Source: Promethearchaeota archaeon
GTDB taxonomy: Archaea > Asgardarchaeota > Lokiarchaeia > Sigyniarchaeales > SOKP01
Assembly: GCA_016839585.1 (NCBI GenBank)
Contig: JAEOTZ010000056.1
Location: 19,967-83,966, forward strand
Direction of reading: 5' to 3'
DNA: 64,000 nt
The notes under the pieces were generated by a model. It was not told the origin of the DNA. It saw nothing but the letters and a program-made list of their open reading frames with translations, and made no database searches. Below, piece after piece: positions 58,608 to 64,000 of the stretch (its first letter is position 1; each line of letters begins with the position of its first letter). A program made the position numbers and the translations under genes.

Positions 58608-60887
58608 ATGAACCAAGAAAATAATAATAATAGCATCGCTAAATTGAGAATTGAGCGATTGGAAAAAAGCAGAAGTGGACGTTCTTTATGTTATATTGAC
58701 CAACAAATAATGAGCGAATTAGCATTAAATACTGGTGATATAATTGAGATAAGAGGGAAAAAGAAAACTACAGGTATTGCTGTTGCGAGTGCTACAGATA
58801 GGGGAAAAAATATCATTAGATTAGATGGGCTTCAAAGGCTAAACGCAGGTGCTACTATTGGAGAATTTGTATCCATTCAACATGCAGAAGTGTATCCCGC
58901 CATTGAGATTGTTCTAACTCCTACTAGACCAAATATTGATTTAAAAAGGCAAGCAGAAGCAATTAAAGGTAAACTCATTGATAAACCGGTAGTTATTGGT
59001 GATATTGTTGATGTCTTAGGATCTTTTGTGCAAAAAGGTAGCTCTGATAACCCGATGGAGGATATTATGAAGATGCTTCCATGGGGTAGCAAAAAAAGAA
59101 CAACATTAGGAATATTAAGATTGATAGTAGAAAATTTAAAACCCTCAGATAAAGTTGTAAAAATTACTCGTGACACTTTAATAAAGGTTAATAAAAGAGT
59201 TGCCGTTTTAAATGTTTCAGGTGGAGTTGTTACTTATGATGATGTTGGAGGGTTAACTGATGAAATTCAGAGAATAAGAGAAATGGTTGAGTTACCTTTG
59301 AAACATCCTGAACTTTTTCATCGATTAAATATTGACCCTCCTAAAGGTGTTTTATTTTATGGACCTTCTGGAACAGGAAAAACATTGATGGCAAAAGCAG
59401 TATCTCAAGAATCTAATGCTTATTTTATCACGATTAATGGTCCAGAAATTATGAGCAAATTTTATGGAGCAAGCGAAGGGCGTCTTAGAGAAAAATTTAG
59501 AGAAGCAGAAGATAATGCACCTTCTATCATTTTTATTGATGAAATTGATTCAATTGCTCCAAAAAGAGTAGATACTTCTGGAGAAGTAGAAAGACGAGTT
59601 GTTTCCCAATTACTCGCTTTAATGGATGGTTTACAAGGAAGAGGTGAAGTAATTTGTGTAGGTGCCTCAAATAGAATCAACTCTATTGATGAAGCATTGA
59701 GACGCCCAGGACGATTTGATAGAGAAATTGAATTTGGAGTTCCTAATGTAAATGGTAGGAAAGAAATCCTTCAAATTCATACAAGAGGAATGCCACTCCT
59801 CGAAGATGTCAATCTCGATAACTATGCTGAGATAACTCATGGGTTTGTTGGTGCTGATATAATGGCAGTATGTAGAGAAGCTGCAATGTTTTCTTTAAGG
59901 AGAATCTTGCCAAAAATTAATTTGGATGAACCAATTCCAAGTGAAATTATTCAAGAATTGAAAATTAAGGATACAGATTTTGTAAAAGCAATTAATATGA
60001 TAGAACCATCAGCCATGCGAGAAGTTATGGTTGAGATCCCTAATATAGCTTGGGAAGATGTAGGTGGTTTAGAAGATATTAAACAAGAGTTAAGAGAAGC
60101 AGTAGAATGGCCATTGAAATATCCAAAATTGTTTGAAAGAGCAGGAATACGCCCCTTAAATGGAATCCTTTTATTTGGACCACCTGGATGTGGAAAAACA
60201 CTATTAGCTAAAGCAGTTGCAACTGAAAGTAAGTCAAATTTTATCGCAATAAAAGGACCTGAGATCTATTCTAAATGGGTTGGAGAAAGTGAACGAGCTG
60301 TTAGAGAGATATTTAGAAAAGCGCGTCAAGCAGCTCCTTCAATTATATATTTTGATGAAATTGATGCAATAACTTCTGGTAGAGGAAATTTTGAAGGAAC
60401 TCATACATTTGCTTCAATTGTAAATCAAATCCTGGTAGAAATGGATGGTGTGGAAAATCGAAAAGGAATCATAGTCATTGCTAGCACTAATCGTCCAGAT
60501 ATAGTAGATCCTGCATTTCTAAGACCAGGACGATTTGATCGTTTAATATATGTAGAATCTCCTGATTACGAAGCAAGATTAAAAATCTTAAAAGTCCATA
60601 CTAAATATATGCCATTAGGAAAAGATATTTCTTTAGAGAGAATCGCCCAAACTACTGAAGGATATAGTGGGGCAGATTTAGAAAATGTATGTCGTGAAGC
60701 AGGAATGCAAGCAATTAGAGAAGAATTAGATAAATTAAAAGAAATAAAACAGAAATATTTTGATTTTGCACTCTCTAAAATTAAATCTACTTTACCAAAG
60801 GAAGTAATAGAGAGATATGAGAATATGGCAAAACAAATAACAGAATCTCGGAATATAACAGAGTCTAAATCCGATTTATATAGATAA
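58608..60887 (+). CDS. cdc48: CDC48/VCP AAA+ ATPase
   Basis: N-domain plus two AAA modules ([23 protein letters not shown] twice). Confidence 0.96.
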   Translation: MNQENNNNSIAKLRIERLEKSRSGRSLCYIDQQIMSELALNTGDIIEIRGKKKTTGIAVASATDRGKNIIRLDGLQRLNAGATIGEFVSIQHAEVYPAIEIVLTPTRPNIDLKRQAEAIKGKLIDKPVVIGDIVDVLGSFVQKGSSDNPMEDIMKMLPWGSKKRTTLGILRLIVENLKPSDKVVKITRDTLIKVNKRVAVLNVSGGVVTYDDVGGLTDEIQRIREMVELPLKHPELFHRLNIDPPKGVLFYGPSGTGKTLMAKAVSQESNAYFITINGPEIMSKFYGASEGRLREKFREAEDNAPSIIFIDEIDSIAPKRVDTSGEVERRVVSQLLALMDGLQGRGEVICVGASNRINSIDEALRRPGRFDREIEFGVPNVNGRKEILQIHTRGMPLLEDVNLDNYAEITHGFVGADIMAVCREAAMFSLRRILPKINLDEPIPSEIIQELKIKDTDFVKAINMIEPSAMREVMVEIPNIAWEDVGGLEDIKQELREAVEWPLKYPKLFERAGIRPLNGILLFGPPGCGKTLLAKAVATESKSNFIAIKGPEIYSKWVGESERAVREIFRKARQAAPSIIYFDEIDAITSGRGNFEGTHTFASIVNQILVEMDGVENRKGIIVIASTNRPDIVDPAFLRPGRFDRLIYVESPDYEARLKILKVHTKYMPLGKDISLERIAQTTEGYSGADLENVCREAGMQAIREELDKLKEIKQKYFDFALSKIKSTLPKEVIERYENMAKQITESRNITESKSDLYR

Positions 60888-60959
60888 CTAAAATTTCTTT
60901 ATTTAGCTTTTTATTTGTTTTTTGTTAGTAAAATCCTAAATTAATTTTGTAAAATTTTA

Positions 60960-61652
60960 TTAACGAAATTTTCCATTTTTGTCCCTTGATCTTTGCTTTG
61001 TTTTTTTCTTCATCAGTTTTGAATGATTTTCTATAGCACATTGGGGACACCATGTACCTTTAGGCTTTGATGGTTTACCCCTTATATCATTTGGAGGTGC
61101 ATACCATGAATAATGATGTTTATTACAATACCATTTTAATTTAATTAATTCTCCAAAATAATGTGTAGATATTAATTTACCATTCCTACTCTCAGCCAAT
61201 TCCTGTAATTCTTTAACTTTATCAGGTTCGCTTAAATTAAATTTTCTCCAATTAATCTTTTTATCATTTTTAGGAAGTGAAACTCCTTTTTCTTCACACT
61301 TTTTTCGGATATAATCTTCCATCTCATCAATAGGAATTTTGTAAAGCTTACCATTACGCCATTCATATCCAACTTCAATTAATATAATTCCATGCTTTTT
61401 ACACATGTTCCTTTTATATTCGTCTATTGCTAATCTCTTTTTAAATTCCTTTAGATCACTTCGATGAAAAAAGGATTGATATTTATAATGTTGAATTCCA
61501 TGTCGTTCAAAAGCTATTTTTAATTCTCTATTATACCCATCAAGGTGAAGTCCATATTTCTTTAACCATTCTAAATTAATTTCTGTTTTAAATGGTACTT
61601 CAAAAAGTTCCTCAAAAAATGCTCTACATATTCGCTCTGCTCTTTCTTTGAA
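60960..61652 (-). pseudogene. 5'-truncated PD-(D/E)xK (Vsr/DUF559-like) endonuclease with C-terminal Zn-ribbon
   Basis: Frame is open for 82 codons upstream of the ATG at 61406 (ERICRAFFEELF...LHLDGYNRELKIAFERHGIQHY...) with no NTG start; C-terminal KWYC...WCPQC. Confidence 0.7.
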
Positions 61653-61658
61653 CTAAAA

Positions 61659-62810
61659 TTATAACTCTTTAAAAAATTCTTCAATTCTATCCATAGCTTC
61701 TTTAATTTTATCTATAGCAGTCGCATAAGATATCCTTACCATATAATTTGAGAAAGAACCAAAGGTTTCACCTGGTATAATCGCAACACCCTTTTTTTTC
61801 ATGATTTCACTTGAAAACTCTGATCCTGTCATATTAAACTTTTTTAATGAAGGCATTATGTAAAAAGCACCACGAGGTTTAACAACATCAAATCCCATAT
61901 TTTTTAATCTATCATAAACAAGATTTCGCCTTTCGTCAAAACTTTTTAAAATCTTCTCAAAAAATTTTATATCCATCTTTAAAGCTTCTATAAAACCGTA
62001 TTGAGCAGCATGATTTGTACCAGCAACAGTGTATTGATGAAATTTTTCCATCAAATCAATTATCTCTTTTGAAGCTACAGCATAGCCTAACCTAAATCCA
62101 GTGGCAGAAAATAATTTTGACATTGCATTGGTTGTAATAGTGCGATTAATCATTCCATTAAAAGAAGCAGGACTTAAATGTTTCAAACCATCATATAGAT
62201 AATTTTCGTAAACTTCATCTGATATTATAAACATATCATTTTCATTAACTATATCGACAATTTCATTAAGCTCTTTAGAACTAAATGCATATCCTGTGGG
62301 ATTATTTGGTGAATTGATAATAATTGCTTTAGTTTTCTCTGTAATTGCCTTTTTCAATTTTTCTAAATTTGGACTAAAATCAGAATTTCTTTCAATTTCT
62401 ACTATTTTTACACCAAAAAAAGACGCGATGTAGAAATATGAAAGGAAGTTAGGAGAGAATAAAATTAACTCATCTCCAGGATTGAATAGTGAGGCATATG
62501 CAAGGCAAAGAGCTTGGCTTCCACCATTAGTAACGATAATGCTTTCTTTCCAATTAGTCTCAATATTATTAACTTTTCTTAATTTGTTTTCAATTAATTC
62601 TAATAATTCAGGAAGGCCTCTCGTTGGCGCATAAGCAGTAACTCCTTTTCTTAAAGCTTCAATTGTTCCTCGAATTGCTGGTTCGGGAGTTGGAAAATCA
62701 GGTTGACCAATTCCAAGGCTTATTACATCCGATCTTCCTAATGCTATATCAAATAATTCTCTTATCTTAGATTTTGGAGCTTTAGATAGATTTTGAGATA
62801 GTTCTTTCAT
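61659..62810 (-). CDS. PLP-dependent aminotransferase class I/II
   Basis: LGIGQPDF, NSPNNPTG, SDEVY and SKLFSATGFRLG motifs. Confidence 0.93.
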   Translation of the reverse strand: MKELSQNLSKAPKSKIRELFDIALGRSDVISLGIGQPDFPTPEPAIRGTIEALRKGVTAYAPTRGLPELLELIENKLRKVNNIETNWKESIIVTNGGSQALCLAYASLFNPGDELILFSPNFLSYFYIASFFGVKIVEIERNSDFSPNLEKLKKAITEKTKAIIINSPNNPTGYAFSSKELNEIVDIVNENDMFIISDEVYENYLYDGLKHLSPASFNGMINRTITTNAMSKLFSATGFRLGYAVASKEIIDLMEKFHQYTVAGTNHAAQYGFIEALKMDIKFFEKILKSFDERRNLVYDRLKNMGFDVVKPRGAFYIMPSLKKFNMTGSEFSSEIMKKKGVAIIPGETFGSFSNYMVRISYATAIDKIKEAMDRIEEFFKEL

Positions 62811-62901
62811 AATTTATTCACTTATTTAATCTTTTTTAAATAGTTCGCTTTTTATAAGAATGCTTAATAATAAGAAAATAAGACTGAACTATTGGAGTTC
62901 T

Positions 62902-63468
62902 TTAAACATTTATGCCAAAATTCTTCAAAATTCGATTGACCAAAAGTGAGAATGCTTCTTCAATATTTTCTCCGAGTTTTGCACTAGTCTCTATAAAATT
63001 ACTTGCTTTAATTTTTTCTGATAATTCTTTTCCATTTTCAGCTGGTACAGCCCTCTGTTTTTTTAAGTCACTCTTATTACCAATTAAAATATAAGCGCCT
63101 TCTTTTTTTACATATCTTTTAAAATCTTTTAACCATTTTGAATTTATACTGTCAAACGTATGATATCGTGTAATATCATAAACTAAAAATGCACCAACAC
63201 ATCCCTGAAAATACATACTCCTTATCACGCTGTATTTCTCTTGTCCAGCTAAATCCCACATTATTAATCTAACTTTCGTGTTTATATCTTCTAAATTCAC
63301 ATCTTTACGAATTATATTCGCACCTAATGTTGGTTTGTAATCTTCTTCAAAGAAACTTTCACAATATCGTGTAATAAGGCTTGTTTTACCCACAGCAGCA
63401 TCACCGAGTAAAACAATCTTAAATACATATTCTTTTACGAAGCTTTCTTTAATTTCTTCTGTTGTCAT
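62902..63468 (-). CDS. Rab-like small GTPase
   Basis: GDAAVGKT, TLGA, WDLAGQ, GNKSD and ETSAK motifs. Confidence 0.93.
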   Translation of the reverse strand: MTTEEIKESFVKEYVFKIVLLGDAAVGKTSLITRYCESFFEEDYKPTLGANIIRKDVNLEDINTKVRLIMWDLAGQEKYSVIRSMYFQGCVGAFLVYDITRYHTFDSINSKWLKDFKRYVKKEGAYILIGNKSDLKKQRAVPAENGKELSEKIKASNFIETSAKLGENIEEAFSLLVNRILKNFGINV

Positions 63469-63496
63469 TCTGCAATTTATATATTTAGTTATAACA

Positions 63497-64000
63497 TTAT
63501 TTAATACTTTCAATTTTTAATTTTAAAACAAAATTATTATGTTGAGGATCATTTACATTTTCGCTTTTTCCATAGCAATTTATTCGATAATCAGTTGTTA
63601 ATGCTTTTTCTAAGGAATGCATAATAAATCCTTTAAATAATTCACATGATACACCTATTTCAGAACAGAAAATACATTTTTCGACTTTAACTGCAAACAA
63701 ATTATTAGATTTTTCTATAATTTCAACTTTCCAATCTGTTAAGATTAATTCATTTATTTCATGTATTATCTCTTCAAAACTTTTTCCGAATGGAAATAAA
63801 TAAAATGAAAATTTCTTTCCAATTTCAAAAAGTAATTTGTTAGAATCAAATAATAGACAATTTTGAGCAGCAATAATTTTTTTAAAAGAAAAGAAATCGA
63901 TAGTACCATTAGGATCGACATCTCTCATATCCTTCAGATGTATCAAACCTGCTTCTTTTAGAATAGATTTCATTCCATCATAATCAAGATTGTCTAAATA
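63497..64000 (-). CDS. V4R/Bet3-fold-like protein (frame open to the window edge, possibly partial)
   Basis: LFEIGKKF, VEKCIFC and CELFKGFI..SL patterns; no stop between 63973 and the window end. Confidence 0.55.
   Translation of the reverse strand, partial: YLDNLDYDGMKSILKEAGLIHLKDMRDVDPNGTIDFFSFKKIIAAQNCLLFDSNKLLFEIGKKFSFYLFPFGKSFEEIIHEINELILTDWKVEIIEKSNNLFAVKVEKCIFCSEIGVSCELFKGFIMHSLEKALTTDYRINCYGKSENVNDPQHNNFVLKLKIESIK

Noticed and set aside
61645-61670. BHB intron or readthrough fusing the aminotransferase to the endonuclease
   Set aside because: The helix is weak (G-U rich), predicted excision would be out of frame, and two stops intervene.
772-63094. Many short antisense or overlapping ORFs in the track (e.g. 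772, 990, 3487, 5145, 11687, 16708, 17821, 22017, 23953, 25762, 27402, 29834, 36250, 38509, 50920, 54420, 55106, 58877, 59462, 62912)
   Set aside because: They are shadow frames of well-supported genes and have no recognisable motifs.
1-64000. CRISPR array, rRNA, canonical tRNA, integrase/transposase, in-frame UGA selenoprotein
   Set aside because: None seen by inspection; intron-split tRNAs could have been missed without tRNAscan or SPLITS.

Overview
AT-rich archaeal chromosome segment, almost certainly from an Asgard archaeon of the Lokiarchaeia. Evidence: a Loki-type profilin, four Rab/Ras-like small GTPases, longin-like and V4R-like domains, an Rpn11-like JAMM protease, a Loki-CTERM surface protein, eL38, TBP, thermosome, Cdc48 and a PSTK-like kinase. 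Housekeeping blocks (about 1-17.5 kb and 30-64 kb) flank a mosaic accessory region (about 17.5-29.5 kb) with duplicated, decayed segments. Main finding: the small-GTPase gene at 52703-53271 is interrupted just before its P-loop by a 29-nt frameshifting insert (52749-52777). The insert folds into a canonical bulge-helix-bulge (BHB) motif, and the standard tRNA-endonuclease cut rule restores an intact 179-aa GTPase. This is a candidate tRNA-type intron in the mRNA of a eukaryotic-signature signalling gene, at the head of a GTPase-thioredoxin-V4R-GTPase cluster. Secondary findings: a ~465-nt highly structured unannotated RNA candidate (7030-7495); repeated SD-like motifs pointing at non-NUG start codons; a 5'-truncated PD-(D/E)xK/Zn-ribbon endonuclease; an orphan DNA methyltransferase; and a cytoplasmic reductive-dehalogenase-like enzyme. 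All calls come from reading the sequence; no database searches were run.
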